Part shown: positions 63,691-64,000 of the stretch, one piece after another | How positions within the stretch are numbered: position 1 is the stretch's first letter | Layout of the letters: every line of letters begins with the position of its first letter | From: Lama guanicoe | Taxonomy: Eukaryota | Length of the DNA stretch: 64,000 bases | Reading direction: 5' to 3' | Assembly: GCA_013239625.1 (NCBI GenBank) | Contig: MU053513.1 | Coordinates: forward strand, 1,352,927-1,416,926 | Translations under genes and position numbers: made by a program | The notes under the pieces: model-generated | What the model was told of the DNA's origin: nothing | Seen by the model: the letters and a program-made list of their open reading frames with translations, nothing else | Databases searched by the model: none

Positions 63691-64000
63691 TTATTACATG
63701 TCCATGATTGACTAAATCATTGGCCAATGGCAATTGACTCAACCTCCAGCCCCTCACCCCTCCCCAGAATCAGGGGATGATAATGAAAGTTCCAACCCTC
63801 TAATCACATGGTTAATCTCCTAGCAGCCAGCTCCCACCCTTGGGTAGGACCCAAAAGTCACCTTTCCTAAATCATTTGCAGAAATTGAGGACAAGAGACC
63901 AAATATGCCATTGCTCTTACTGCTTAGGAAATTCCAAGAGTTTGGAGAGCTGTGAGCCAGGAACTGTGAATGAAGACCAAATACATATGTAAAATATATA

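Larger units (their letters stand above)
62290..64000 (-). mobile_element. MER21-like LTR split by two younger LTRs
   Basis: 'gggctcaatccgacaagacc...cttcagatgcc...cttctgaccaactg', 'gaggcttcat', then 'catgattgactaaatcattggcc...gttccaaccctctaatcac...gaagaccaaata'. Confidence 0.75.

Noticed and set aside
1..64000. Inverted MER21-like copies at the two window ends as borders of one large element
   Set aside because: They are independent, diverged LTR copies in opposite orientation; proviral LTRs would be direct repeats.
1..64000. CRISPR arrays, operons or other prokaryote-style systems
   Set aside because: The sequence is mammalian and repeat-rich, with no regularly spaced repeat-spacer structure or dense ORFs.

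Overview
Repeat-rich mammalian genomic DNA, most likely camelid (camel/alpaca/llama): it carries six copies of a short tRNA-derived SINE matching my recollection of the camelid Vic-1 family, plus camelid-type L1 3' ends. I found no protein-coding gene I can support; the listed ORFs are chance frames or come from repeats. The window looks intergenic or intronic. It is a layered mosaic of MIR/L2, MaLR (MLT1) LTRs, L1s of several ages, an ERVL pol relic with its 3' LTR, and several ERV1-type solo LTRs. The best-supported observations concern insertion mechanism: three L1 copies with twin-priming-type 5' inversions, a TSD-bounded L1 lacking most of ORF2, a young L1 with a probable short 3' transduction, and LTRs nested inside a MER21-like LTR. 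Unique segments contain a few candidate regulatory clusters (CTCF+ETS+GATA, an EPO-like HIF site, C/EBP+FOX+homeobox, small CpG-retaining patches). Repeat family names come from recalled consensus sequences, not a search, and boundaries without TSDs are approximate. I found no convincing evidence of a new biological system.
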